64,000 nt of DNA from Eledone cirrhosa. Lineage: Eukaryota. Under the pieces are notes generated by a model. It did not search any database. It was not told where the DNA came from and saw only the letters and a list, made by a program, of their open reading frames with translations. This document shows positions 28,040 through 42,900 of the stretch, one piece after another; position 1 is the stretch's first letter; each line of letters begins with the position of its first letter. Where the stretch lies: NCBI GenBank assembly GCA_964016885.1, contig OZ024745.1, forward strand, positions 65,100,001-65,164,000, read 5' to 3'. The position numbers and the translations under genes are program-made.

Positions 28040-30960
28040 GGGATCCATTTTTTATTTGGGTGATCCATTTTTTATTTGGGGGATACATTTTTTATTTGGG
28101 TGATCCATTTTTTATTTGGGGGGTCCATTTTTTATTTGGGGGATCCATTTTTATTTGGGTGATCCATTTTTTATTTGGGGGATCCATTTTTTATTTGGGT
28201 GATCCCTTTTTTATTTGGGGGATCCATTTTTTATTTGGGTGATCCATTTTTTATTTGGGGGATCTATTTTTTATTTGGGGGATTCATTTTTTATTTGGGT
28301 GATCCATTTTTTATTAGGGGGGTCCATTTTTTATTTGGGTGATCCATTTTTATTTGGAGATCCATTTTTTATTTAGGTGATCCATTTTATAATTGGGTGA
28401 TCCATTTTTTATTTGGGTGATCCATTTTTTATTTGGGTGATCCATTTTTTATTTGGGGGATCCATTTTTTATTTGGGTGATCCATTTTTTATTTGGGTGA
28501 TCCATTTTTTATTTGAGGGACCCATTTTATATTTGGGTGATCCATTTTTTATTTGGGTGATCCATTTTTTATTTGGGGGATCCATTTTTTATTTGGGGGA
28601 TCCATTTTTTATTTGGGGGATCCATTTTTTATTTGGGGGATCCATTTTTTATTTCGGGGATCCATTTTTTATTTGGGTGATTCATTTTTTATTTGGGGGA
28701 TCCATTTTTTATTTGGGTGATCCATTTTTTTTATTTGGGGGTCCATTTTTTATTTGGGTGATCCATTTTTTATTTGGGTGATCCATTTTTTAATTGGGTG
28801 ATCCATTTTTATTTGGGTGATCCATTTTTTACTTGGGGGATCCATTTTTTATTTGGGTGATCCATTTTTTATTTTGCTGATTCATTTTTTATTTGGGTGA
28901 TCCATTTTTTATTTGGGGGATCCATTTTTTATTTGGGTGAACCATTTTTTATTTGGGGGATCCATTTTTTATTTGGGTGATCCATTTTTTATTTGGGTGA
29001 TCCATTTTTTATTTGGGGGATCCATTTTTTATTTGGGTGATCCATTTTTTATTTGGGGGATCCATTTTTTATTTGGGTGATCCATTTTTTATTTGGGGAT
29101 ACATTTTTTATTTGGGTGATCCATTTTTTATTTGGGTGATCCATTTTTTATTTGGGGGATACATTTTTTATTTGGGTGATCCATTTTTTATTTGGGGGGT
29201 CCATTTTTTATTTGGGGGATCCATTTTTATTTGGGTGATCCATTTTTTATTTGGGGGATCCATTTTTTATTTGGGTGATCCCTTTTTTATTTGGGGGATC
29301 CATTTTTTATTTGGGTGATCCATTTTTTATTTGGGGGATCTATTTTTTATTTGGGGGATTCATTTTTTATTTGGGTGATCCATTTTTTATTAGGGGGGTC
29401 CATTTTTTATTTGGGTGATCCATTTTTATTTGGAGATCCATTTTTTATTTAGGTGATCCATTTTATAATTGGGTGATCCATTTTTTATTTGGGTGATCCA
29501 TTTTTTATTTGGGTGATCCATTTTTTATTTGGGGGATCCATTTTTTATTTGGGTGATCCATTTTTTATTTGGGTGATCCATTTTTTATTTGAGGGACCCA
29601 TTTTATATTTGGGTGATCCATTTTTTATTTGGGTGATCCATTTTTTATTTGGGGGATCCATTTTTTATTTGGGGGATCCATTTTTTATTTGGGGGATCCA
29701 TTTTTTATTTGGGGGATCCATTTTTTATTTCGGGGATCCATTTTTTATTTGGGTGATTCATTTTTTATTTGGGGGATCCATTTTTTATTTGGGTGATCCA
29801 TTTTTTTTATTTGGGGGTCCATTTTTTATTTGGGTGATCCATTTTTTATTTGGGTGATCCATTTTTTAATTGGGTGATCCATTTTTATTTGGGTGATCCT
29901 TTTTTTACTTGGGGGATCCATTTTTTATTTGGGTGATCCATTTTTTATTTTGCTGATTCATTTTTTATTTGGGTGATCCATTTTTTATTTGGGGGATCCA
30001 TTTTTTATTTGGGTGAACCATTTTTTATTTGGGGGATCCATTTTTTATTTGGGTGATCCATTTTTTATTTGGGTGATCCATTTTTTATTTGGGGGATCCA
30101 TTTTTTATTTGGGTGATCCATTTTTTATTTGGGTGGTCCATTTTTTATTTGGGTGATCCATTTTTTATTTGGGGGATCCATTTTTTATTTGGGTGATCCA
30201 TTTTTTATTTGGGGATACATTTTTTATTTGGGTGATCCATTTTTTATTTGGGTGATCCATTTTTTATTTGGGGGATACATTTTTTATTTGGGTGATCCAT
30301 TTTTTATTTGGGGGGTCCATTTTTTATTTGGGGGATCCATTTTTATTTGGGTGATCCATTTTTTATTTGGGGGATCCATTTTTTATTTGGGTGATCCCTT
30401 TTTTATTTGGGGGATCCATTTTTTATTTGGTTGATCCATTTTTTATTTGGGGGATCTATTTTTTATTTGGGGGATTCATTTTTTATTTGGGTGATCCATT
30501 TTTTATTAGGGGGGTCCATTTTTTATTTGGGTGATCCATTTTTATTTGGAGATCCATTTTTTATTTAGGTGATCCATTTTATAATTGGGTGATCCATTTT
30601 TTATTTGGGTGATCCATTTTTTATTTGGGTGATCCATTTTTTATTTGGGGGATCCATTTTTTATTTGGGTGATCCATTTTTTATTTGGGTGATCCATTTT
30701 TTATTTGAGGGACCCATTTTATATTTGGGTGATCCATTTTTTATTTGGGTGATCCATTTTTTATTTGGGGGATCCATTTTTTATTTGGGGGATCCATTTT
30801 TTATTTGGGGGATCCATTTTTTATTTGGGGGATCCATTTTTTATTTCGGGGATCCATTTTTTATTTGGGTGATTCATTTTTTATTTGGGGGATCCATTTT
30901 TTATTTGGGTGATCCATTTTTTTTATTTGGGGGTCCATTTTTTATTTGGGTGATCCATTT
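28040..30960. repeat. About 1.1-kb unit in roughly 2.7-3 tandem copies (periods 1076 and 1116 bp)
   Basis: Identical 122-aa pseudo-ORFs at 28413, 29489 and 30605. Marker gatcta at about 28261, 29337 and 30453, each followed by taggggggtcc and later gagggaccc. Confidence 0.88.
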
Positions 30961-33900
30961 TTTATTTGGGTGATTCATTTTTTATTTGGGGGATCCATTT
31001 TTTATTTTGGGTGATCCATTTTTTATTAGGGGGATCCATTTTTTATTTGGGTGATCCATTTTTATTTGTAGATCCATTTTTTATTTGGGTGATCCATTTT
31101 TTAATTGGATGATCCATTTTTTATTTGGGGGATCCATTTTTTATTTGGGGGATCCATTATTTATTTGGGTGATCCATTTTTTATTTGGGTGATCCATTTT
31201 TTATTCGGGGGATCCATTTTTTATTTGGGTGATCCATTTTTTATTTGGGTGATCCATTTTTTAATTGGGGATCCATTTTTTATTTAGTTGATCCATTTTT
31301 TAATTGGGTGATGCATTTTTTATTTGGGGGATCCATTTTTTATTTGGGGGATCCATTTTTTATTTGGGGGATCCATTGTTTATTTGGGTGATCCATTTTT
31401 TATTTGGGTGATCCATTTTTTATTTGGGGGATCCATTTTGTATTTGGGTGATCCATTTTTTATTTGGGTGATCCATTTTTTATTTGGGTGATCCATTTTT
31501 TATTTGTGGGATCCATTTTTTATTTGGGTGATCCATTTTTTATTTGGGGGATCCTTTTTTTATTTGGGTGATCCATTTTTTATTTGGGTGATGCATTTTT
31601 TATTTGGGGGGTCCATTTTTTATTTGGGTGATCCATTTTTTATTTGGGTGATCCATTTTTTATTTGGGGGATCCATTTTTTATTTGGGTGATCCATTTTT
31701 TATTTGGGGGATCCATTTTTTATTTGGGGGGTCCATTTTTTATTTGGGTGATCCATTTTTTATATGGGTGATCCATTTTTTATTTGGGGGGATCCATTTT
31801 TAATTTGGGTGATCCATTTTTTATTTGGGGGATCCATTTTTTATTTGGGTGATCCATTTTTTATTTGGGGGATCCATTTTTTATTTGGGTGATCCATTTT
31901 TTATTTGGGTGATCCATTTTTTAATTGGGTGATCCATTTTTTATTTGGGGGATCCATTTTTTATTTGGGTGATCCATTTTTTAGTTGGGTGGTCCATTTT
32001 TTATTTGGGTGATCCATTTTTTATTTGGGGGATCCATTTTTTATTTGGGTGATCCATTTTTTATTTGGGGATCCATTTTTTATTTGGGTGATCCATTTTT
32101 TATTTGGGTGATCCATTTTTTTATTTGGGGGATCCATTTTTTATTTGGGTGATTCATTTTTTAATTGGGGGGTCCATTTTTTATTTGGGGGATCCATTTT
32201 TATTTGGGTGATCCATTTTTTATTTGGGGGATCCATTTTTTATTTGGGTGATCCATTTTTTATTTGGGTTGATCCCTTTTTTATTTGGGGGATCCATTTT
32301 TTATTTGGGTGATCCATTTTTTATTTGGGGGATCCATTTTTTATTTGGGTGATCCATTTTTTATTTGAGGGATCCATTTTATATTTGGGTGATCCATTTT
32401 TTATTTGGGGGATCCATTATTTATTTGGGTGATCCATTTTTTATTTGGGTGATCCATTTTTTATTTGGGTGATCCATTTTTTATTTGGGTGATCCATTTT
32501 TTATTTGGGGATCCATTTTTTATTTGGGTGATCCATTTTTTATTTGGGTGATCCATTTTTTATTTGGGGGATCCATTTTTTATTTGGGTGATCCATTTTT
32601 TATTTGGGGATCCATTTTTTATTTGGGTGATCCATTTTTTATTTGGGTGATCCATTTTTTATTTGGGGGATCCATTTTTTATTTGGGTGATCCATTTTTT
32701 ATTTGGGGGTCCAATTTTTATTTGGGGGATCCATTTTTATTTGGGTGATCCATTTTTTATTTGGGGGATCCATTTTTTATTTGAGTGATCCATTTTTTAT
32801 TTGGGTTGATCCCTTTTTTATTTGGGGGATCCATTTTTTATTTGGGTGATCCATTTTTTATTTGGGGGATCCATTTTTTATTTGGGGGATCCATTTTTTA
32901 TTTGGTTGATCCATTTTTTATTAGGGGGATCCATATTTTATTTGGGTGATCCATTTTAATTTGGAGATCCATTTTTTGTTTAGGTGATCCATTTTATAAT
33001 TGGGTGATCCATTTTTTATTTGGGGGATCCATTTTTTATTTGGGGGATCCATTATTTATTTGGGTGATCCATTTTTTATTTGGGTGATCCATTTTTTATT
33101 TGGGTGATCCATTTTTTATTTGGGTGATCCATTTTTTATTTGGGTGATCCATTTTTTATTTGGGGGATCCATTTTTTATTTGGGTGATCCATTTTTTATT
33201 TGGGTGATCCATTTTTTATTTGAGGGATCCATTTTATATTTGGGTGATCCATTTTTTATATGGGTGATCCATTTTTTATTTGGGGGATCCATTTTTTATT
33301 TGGGGGATCCATTTTTTATTTGGGGGATCCATTTTTTATTTGGGGGATCCATTTTTTATTTCGGGGATCCATTTTTTATTTGGGTGATTCATTTTTTATT
33401 TGGGGGATCCATTTTTTATTTGGGTAATCCATTTTTTTATTTGGGGGTCCATTTTTTATTTGGGTGATCCATTTTTTATTTGGATGATCCATTTTTTAAT
33501 TGGGTGATCCATTTTTATTTGGGTGATCCATTTTTTACTTGGGGGATCCATTTTTTATTTGGGTGATCCATTTTTTATTTTGCTGATTCATTTTTTATTT
33601 GGGTGATCCATTTTTTATTTGGGGGATCCATTTTTTATTTGGGTGAACCATTTTTTATTTGGGAGATCCATTTTTTATTTGGGTGATCCATTTTTTATTT
33701 GGGTGATCCATTTTTTATTTGGGGGATCCATTTTTTATTTGGGTGATCCATTTTTTATTTGGGTGATCCATTTTTTATTTGGGGGATCCATTTTTTATTT
33801 GGGGGATCCATTTTTTATTTGGGTGATCCATTTTTATTTGGAGATCCATTTTGTATTTGGGTGATCCATTTTTTAATTGGGTGATCCATTTTTTATTTGG

Positions 33901-36900
33901 GTGATCCATTTTTTATTTGGGTGGTCCATTTTTTATTTGGGTGATCCATTTTTTATTTGGGGGATCCATTTTTTATTTGGGTGATCCATTTTTTATTTGG
34001 GGATCCATTTTTTATTTGGGTGATCCATTTTTTATTTGGGTGATCCATTTTTTATTTGGGGGATCCATTATTTATTTGGGTGATCCATTTTTTATTTGGG
34101 TGATCCATTTTTTATTTGGGGGATCCATTTTTTATTTGGGTGATCTATTTTTTATTTGGGTGATCCATTTTTTATTTGGGGGATCCATTTTTTATTTGGG
34201 GGATCCATTTTTTATTTGGGTGATCCATTTTTATTTGGAGATCCATTTTGTATTTGGGTGATCCATTTTTAATTTGGGTGATCCATTTTTTATTTGGGGG
34301 ATCCATTTTTTATTTGGGTGATCCATTTTTTATTTGGGTGATCCATTTTATATTTGGGGATCCATTTTTTATTTGGGTGATCCATTTTTTATTTGGGTGA
34401 TCCATTTTTTATTTGGGGGATACATTTTTTATTTGGGTGCTCCATTTTTTATTTGGGGGGTCCATTTTTTATTTGGGGGATCCATTTTTATTTGGGTGAT
34501 CCATTTTTTATTTGGGGGATCCATTTTTTATTTGGGTGATCCCTTTTTTATTTGGGGGATCCATTTTTTATTTGGGTGATCCATTTTTCATTTGGGGGAT
34601 CCATTTTTTATTTGGGGGATTCATTTTTTATTTGGGTGATCCATTATTTATTAGGGGGATCCATTTTTTATTTGGGTGATCCATTTTTATTTGGAGATCC
34701 ATTTTTTATTTAGGTGATCCATTTTATAATTGGGTGATCCATTTTTTATTTGGGGGATCCATTTTTTATTTGGAGGATCCATTATTTATTTGGGTGATCC
34801 ATTTTTTATTTGGGTGATCCATTTTTTATTTGGGTGATCCATTTTTTATTTGGGTTGATCCCTTTTTTATTTGGGGGATCCATTTTTTATTTGGGTGATC
34901 CATTTTTTATTTTGGGGATTCATTTTTTATTTGGGTGATCCATTTTTTATTTGGGTGATCCATTTTTTATTTGGGTGATCCATTTTTTATTTGGGTGATC
35001 CATTTTTTATTTGGGTGATCCATTTTTTATTTGAGGGACCCATTTTATATTTGGGTGATCCATTTTTTATTTGGGTGATCCATTTTTTATTTGGGGGATC
35101 CATTTTTTATTTGGGGGATCCATTTTTTATTTGGGGGATCCATTTTTTATTTGGGGGATCCATTTTTTATTTCGGGGATCCATTTTTTATTTGGGTGATT
35201 CATTTTTTATTTGGGGGATCCATTTTTTATTTGGGTGATCCATTTTTTTTATTTGGGGGTCCATTTTTTATTTGGGTGATCCATTTTTTATTTGGGTGAT
35301 CCATTTTTTAATTGGGTGATCCATTTTTATTTGGGTGATCCATTTTTTACTTGGGGGATCCATTTTTTATTTGGGTGATCCATTTTTTATTTTGCTGATT
35401 CATTTTTTATTTGGGTGATCCATTTTTTATTTGGGGGATCCATTTTTTATTTGGGTGAACCATTTTTTATTTGGGGGGATCCATTTTTTATTTGGGTGAT
35501 CCATTTTTTATTTGGGTGATCCATTTTTTATTTGGGGGATCCATTTTTTATTTGGGTGATCCATTTTTTATTTTGGGGATCCATTTTTTATTTGGGGGAT
35601 TCATTTTTTATTTGGGTGATCCATTTTTTATTAGGGGGATCCATTTTTTATTTGGGTGATCCATTTTTATTTGGAGATCCATTTTTTATTTAGGTGATCC
35701 ATTTTATAATTGGGTGATCCATTTTTTATTTGGGGGATCCATTTTTTATTTGGAGGATCCATTATTTATTTGGGTGATCCATTTTTTATTTGGGTGATCC
35801 ATTTTTTATTTGGGTGATCCATTTTTTATTTGGGTTGATCCCTTTTTTATTTGGGGGATCCATTTTTTATTTGGGTGATCCATTTTTTATTTTGGGGATC
35901 CATTTTTTATTTGGGTGATCCATTTTTTATTTGGGTGATCCATTTTTTATTTGGGTGATCCATTTTTTATTTGAGGGACCCATTTTATATTTGGGTGATC
36001 CATTTTTTATTTGGGTGATCCATTTTTTATTTGGGAGATCCATTTTTTATTTGGGGGATCCATTTTTTATTTGGGGGATCCATTTTTTATTTGGGGGATC
36101 CATTTTTTTATTTCGGGGATCCATTTTTTATTTGGGTGATTCATTTTTTATTTGGGGGATCCATTTTTTATTTGGGTGATCCATTTTTTTTATTTGGGGG
36201 TCCATTTTTTATTTGGGTGATCCATTTTTTATTTGGGTGATCCATTTTTTAATTGGGTGATCCATTTTTATTTGGGTGATCCATTTTTTACTTGGGGGAT
36301 CCATTTTTTATTTGGGTGATCCATTTTTTATTTTGCTGATTCATTTTTTATTTGGGTGATCCATTTTTTATTTGGGGGATCCATTTTTTATTTGGGTGAA
36401 CCATTTTTTATTTGGGGGATCCATTTTTTATTTGGGTGATCCATTTTTTATTTGGGTGATCCATTTTTTATTTGGGGGATCCATTTTTTATTTGGGTGAT
36501 CCATTTTTTATTTGGGTGACCCATTTTTTATTTGGGGGATCCATTTTTTATTTGGGGGATCCATTTTTTATTTGGGTGATCCATTTTTATTTGGAGATCC
36601 ATTTTGTATTTGGGTGATCCATTTTGTATTTGGGGGATCCATTTTTTAATTGGGTGATCCATTTTTTATTTGGGGGATCCATTTTTTATTTGGGAGATCC
36701 ATTTTTTATTTGGGGGATCCATTGTTTATTTGGGTGATCCATTTTTTATTTGGGTGATCCATTTTTTATTTGGGGGATCCATTTTTTATTTGGGTGATCC
36801 ATTTTTTATTTGGGTGATCCATTTTTTATTTGGGTGATCCATTTTTTATTTGTGGGATCCATTTTTTATTTGGGTGATCCATTTTTTATTTGGGGGATCC

Positions 36901-39900
36901 TTTTTTTATTTGGGTGATCCATTTTTTATTTGGGTGATCCATTTTTTATTTGGGGGATCCATTTTTTATTTGGGTGATCCATTTTTTATTTGGGTGATAC
37001 ATTTTTTATTTGGGGGATCCATTTTTTATTTGGGTGATCCATTTTTTATTTGGGTTGATCCCTTTTTTATTTGGGGGATCCATTTTTTATTTGGGTGATC
37101 CATTTTTTATTTGGGTTGATCCCTTTTTTATTTGGGGGATCCATTTTTTATTTGGGTGATCCATTTTTTATTTGGGTGATCCATTTTTTATTTGAGGGAT
37201 CCATTTTATATTTGGGTGATCCATTTTTTATTTGGGGGATCCATTATTTATTTGGGTGATCCATTTTTTATTTGGGTGATCCATTTTTTATTTGGGGTAT
37301 CCATTTTTTATTTGGGTGATCCATTTTTTATTTGGGTGATCCATTTTTTATTTGGGGGATCCATTTTTTATTTGGGGGATCCATTTTTTATTTGGGTGAT
37401 CCATTTTTATTTGGAGATCCATTTTGTATTTGGGTGATCCATTTTTAATTTGGGTGATCCATTTTTTATTTGGGGGATCCATTTTTTATTTGGGTGATCC
37501 ATTTTTTATTTGGGTGATCCATTTTTTATTTGGGGATCCATTTTTTATTTGGGTGATCCATTTTTTATTTGGGTGATCCATTTTTTATTTGGGGGATACA
37601 TTTTTTATTTGGGTGCTCCATTTTTTATTTGGGGGGTCCATTTTTTATTTGGGGGATCCATTTTTATTTGGGTGATCCATTTTTTATTTGGGGGATCCAT
37701 TTTTTATTTGGGTGATCCCTTTTTTATTTGGGGGATCCATTTTTTATTTGGGTGATCCATTTTTTATTTGGGGGATCCATTTTTTATTTGGGGGATTCAT
37801 TTTTTATTTGAGTGATCCATTTTTTATTAGGGGGATCCATTTTTTATTTGGGTGATCCATTTTTATTTGGAGATCCATTTTTTATTTAGGTGATCCATTT
37901 TATAATTGGGTGATCCATTTTTTATTTGGGGGATCCATTTTTTATTTGGAGGATCCATTATTTATTTGGGTGATCCATTTTTTATTTGGGTGATCCATTT
38001 TTTATTTGGGTGATCCATTTTTTATTTGGGTTGATCCCTTTTTTATTTGGGGGATCCATTTTTTATTTGGGTGATCCATTTTTTATTTTGGGGATTCATT
38101 TTTTATTTGGGTGATCCATTTTTTATTTGGGTGATCCATTTTTTATTTGGGTGATCCATTTTTTATTTGGGTGATCCATTTTTTATTTGGGTGATCCATT
38201 TTTTATTTGAGGGACCCATTTTATATTTGGGTGATCCATTTTTTATTTGGGTGATCCATTTTTTATTTGGGGGATCCATTTTTTATTTGGGGGATCCATT
38301 TTTTATTTGGGGGATCCATTTTTTATTTGGGGGATCCATTTTTTATTTCGGGGATCCATTTTTTATTTGGGTGATTCATTTTTTATTTGGGGGATCCATT
38401 TTTTATTTGGGTGATCCATTTTTTTTATTTGGGGGTCCATTTTTTATTTGGGTGATCCATTTTTTATTTGGGTGATCCATTTTTTAATTGGGTGATCCAT
38501 TTTTATTTGGGTGATCCATTTTTTACTTGGGGGATCCATTTTTTATTTGGGTGATCCATTTTTTATTTTGCTGATTCATTTTTTATTTGGGTGATCCATT
38601 TTTTATTTGGGGGATCCATTTTTTATTTGGGTGAACCATTTTTTATTTGGGGGGATCCATTTTTTATTTGGTGATCCATTTTTTATTTGGGTGATCCATT
38701 TTTTATTTGGGGGATCCATTTTTTATTTGGGTGATCCATTTTTTATTTGGGGATCCATTTTTTATTTGGGGGATTCATTTTTTATTTGGGTGATCCATTT
38801 TTTATTAGGGGGATCCATTTTTTATTTGGGTGATCCATTTTTATTTGGAGATCCATTTTTTATTTAGGTGATCCATTTTATAATTGGGTGATCCATTTTT
38901 TATTTGGGGGATCCATTTTTTATTTGGAGGATCCATTATTTATTTGGGTGATCCATTTTTTATTTGGGTGATCCATTTTTTATTTGGGTGATCCATTTTT
39001 TATTTGGGTTGATCCCTTTTTTATTTGGGGGATCCATTTTTTATTTGGGTGATCCATTTTTTATTTTGGGGATCCATTTTTTATTTGGGTGATCCATTTT
39101 TTATTTAGGTGATCCATTTTTTATTTGGGGGATCCATTTTTTATTTGGGTGATCCATTTTTTATTTGGGTGATCCATTTTTTATTTGAGGGACCCATTTT
39201 ATATTTGGGTGATCCATTTTTTATTTGGGTGATCCATTTTTTATTTGGGAGATCCATTTTTTATTTGGGGGATCCATTTTTTATTTGGGGGATCCATTTT
39301 TTATTTGGGGGATCCATTTTTTATTTCGGGGATCCATTTTTTATTTGGGTGATTCATTTTTTATTTGGGGGATCCATTTTTTATTTGGGTGATCCATTTT
39401 TTTTATTTGGGGGTCCATTTTTTATTTGGGTGATCCATTTTTTATTTGGGTGATCCATTTTTTAATTGGGTGATCCATTTTTATTTGGGTGATCCATTTT
39501 TTACTTGGGGGATCCATTTTTTATTTGGGTGATCCATTTTTTATTTTGCTGATTCATTTTTTATTTGGGTGATCCATTTTTTATTTGGGGGATCCATTTT
39601 TTATTTGGGTGAACCATTTTTTATTTGGGGGATCCATTTTTTATTTGGGTGATCCATTTTTTATTTGGGTGATCCATTTTTTATTTGGGGGATCCATTTT
39701 TTATTTGGGTGATCCATTTTTTATTTGGGTGATCCATTTTTTATTTGGGGGATCCATTTTTTATTTGGGGGATCCATTTTTTATTTGGGTGATCCATTTT
39801 TATTTGGAGATCCATTTTGTATTTGGGTGATCCATTTTGTATTTGGGGGATCCATTTTTTAATTGGGTGATCCATTTTTTATTTGGGGGATCCATTTTTT

Positions 39901-42900
39901 ATTTGGGAGATCCATTTTTTATTTGGGGGATCCATTGTTTATTTGGGTGATCCATTTTTTATTTGGGTGATCCATTTTTTATTTGGGGGATCCATTTTTT
40001 ATTTGGGTGATCCATTTTTTATTTGGGTGATCCATTTTTTATTTGGGTGATCCATTTTTTATTTGTGGGATCCATTTTTTATTTGGGTGATCCATTTTTT
40101 ATTTGGGGGATCCTTTTTTTATTTGGGTGATCCATTTTTTATTTGGGTGATCCATTTTTTATTTGGGGGATCCATTTTTTATTTGGGTGATCCATTTTTT
40201 ATTTGGGTGATCCATTTTTTATTTGGGTGATCCATTTTTTATTTGGGGGATCCATTTTTTATTTGGGTGATCCATTTTTTATTTGGGGGATCCTTTTTTT
40301 ATTTGGGTGATCCATTTTTTATTTGGGTGATCCATTTTTTATTTGGGGGATCCATTTTTTATTTGGGGGATCCATTTTTTATTTGGGTGATCCATTTTTT
40401 ATTTGGGTGATCCATTTTTTAATTGGGTGATCAATTTTTTATTTGGGGGATCCATTTTTTATTTGGGTGATCCATTTTTTAGTTGGGTGGTCCATTTTTT
40501 ATTTGGGTGATCCATTCTTTATTTGGTGGATCCATTTTTTATTTGGGTGATCCAATTTTTATTTGGGGATCCATTTTTTATTTGGGTGATCCATTTTTTA
40601 TTTGGGTGATCCATTTTTTATTTGGGGGATCCATTTTTTATTTGGGTGATTCATTTTTTATTTGGGGGGTCCATTTTTTATTTGGGGGATCCATTTTTAT
40701 TTGGGTGATCCATTTTTTATTTGGGGGATCCATTTTTTATTTGGGTGATCCATTTTTTATTTGGGTTGATCCCTTTTTTATTTGGGGGATCCATTTTTTA
40801 TTTGGGTGATCCATTTTTTATTTGGAGGATCCACTTTTTATTTGGGTGATCCATTTTTTATTTGAGGGATCCATTTTATATTTGTATGATCCATTTTTTA
40901 TTTGGGGGATCCATTATTTATTTGGGTGATCCATTTTTTATTTGGGTGATCCATTTTTTATTTGGGTGATCCATTTTTTATTTGGGTGATCCATTTTTTA
41001 TTTGGGGGATCCATTTTTTATTTGGGTGATCCATTTTTTATTTGGGTGATCCATTTTTTATTTGGGGGATCCATTTTTTATTTGGGTGATCCATTTTTTA
41101 TTTGGGGGATCCATTTTTTATTTGGGGGATCCATTTTTTATTTGGGTGATCCATTTTTTATATGGGTGATCCATTTTTTATTTGGGGGGATCCATTTTTG
41201 ATTTGGGTGATCCATTTTTTATTTGGGGGATCCATTTTTTATTTGGGTGATCCATTTTTTATTTGGGGGATCCATTTTTTATTTGGGTGATCCATTTTTT
41301 ATTTGGGTGATCAATTTTTTAATTGGGTGATCCATTTTTTATTTGGGGGATCCATTTTTTATTTGGGTGATCCATTTTTTAGTTGGGTGGTCCATTTTTT
41401 ATTTGGGTGATCCATTTTTTATTTGGGGGATCCATTTTTTATTTGGGTGATCCATTTTTTATTTGGGGATCCATTTTTTATTTGGGTGATCCATTTTTTA
41501 TTTTGCTGATTCATTTTTTATTTGGGTGATCCATTTTTTATTTGGGGGATCCATTTTTTATTTGGGTGAACCGTTTTTTATTTGGGGGATCCATTTTTTA
41601 TTTGGGTGATCCATTTTTTATTTGGGTGATCCATTTTTTATTTGGGGGATCCATTTTTTATTTGGGTGATCCATTTTTTATTTGGGTGATCCATTTTTTA
41701 TTTGGGTGATCAATTTTTTAATTGGGTGATCCATTTTTTATTTGGGGGATCCATTTTTTATTTGGGTGATCCATTTTTTAGTTGGGTGGTCCATTTTTTA
41801 TTTGGGTGATCCATTTTTTATTTGGGGGATCCATTTTTTATTTGGGTGATCCATTTTTTATTTGGGGATCCATTTTTTATTTGGGTGATCCATTTTTTAA
41901 TTGGGTGATCCATTTTTTATTTGGGGGATCCATTTTTTATTTGGGTGATCCATTTTTTAGTTGGGTGGTCCATTTTTTATTTGGGTGATCCATTTTTTAT
42001 TTGGGGGATCCATTTTTTATTTGGGTGATCCATTTTTTATTTGGGGATCCATTTTTTATTTGGGTGATCCATTTTTTATTTTGCTGATTCATTTTTTATT
42101 TGGGTGATCCATTTTTTATTTGGGGGATCCATTTTTTATTTGGGTGAACCATTTTTTATTTGGGGGATCCATTTTTTATTTGGGTGATCCATTTTTTATT
42201 TGGGTGATCCATTTTTTATTTGGGGGATCCATTTTTTATTTGGGTGATCCATTTTTTATTTGGGTGATCCATTTTTTATTTGGGGGATCCATTTTTTATT
42301 TGGGGGATCCATTTTTTATTTGGGTGATCCATTTTTATTTGGAGATCCATTTTGTATTTGGGTGATCCATTTTGTATTTGGGGGATCCATTTTTTAATTG
42401 GGTGATCCATTTTTTATTTGGGGGATCCATTTTTTATTTGGGTGATCCATTTTTATTTGGAGATCCATTTTGTATTTGGGGGATCAATTTTTTAATTGGG
42501 TGATCCATTTTTTATTTGGGGGATCCATTTTTTATTTGGGAGATCCATTTTTTATTTGGGGGATCCATTGTTTATTTGGGTGATCCATTTTTTATTTGGG
42601 TGATCCATTTTTTATTTGGGGGATCCATTTTTTATTTGGGTGATCCATTTTTTATTTGGGTGATCCATTTTTTATTTGGGTGATCCATTTTTTATTTGTG
42701 GGATCCATTTTTTATTTGGGTGATCCATTTTTTATTTGGGGGATCCTTTTTTTATTTGGGTGATCCATTTTTTATTTGGGTGATCCATTTTTTATTTGGG
42801 GGATCCATTTTTTATTTGGGTGATCCATTTTTTATTTGGGTGATACATGTTTTATTTGGGGGATCCATTTTTTATTTGGGTGATCCATTTTTTATTTGGG

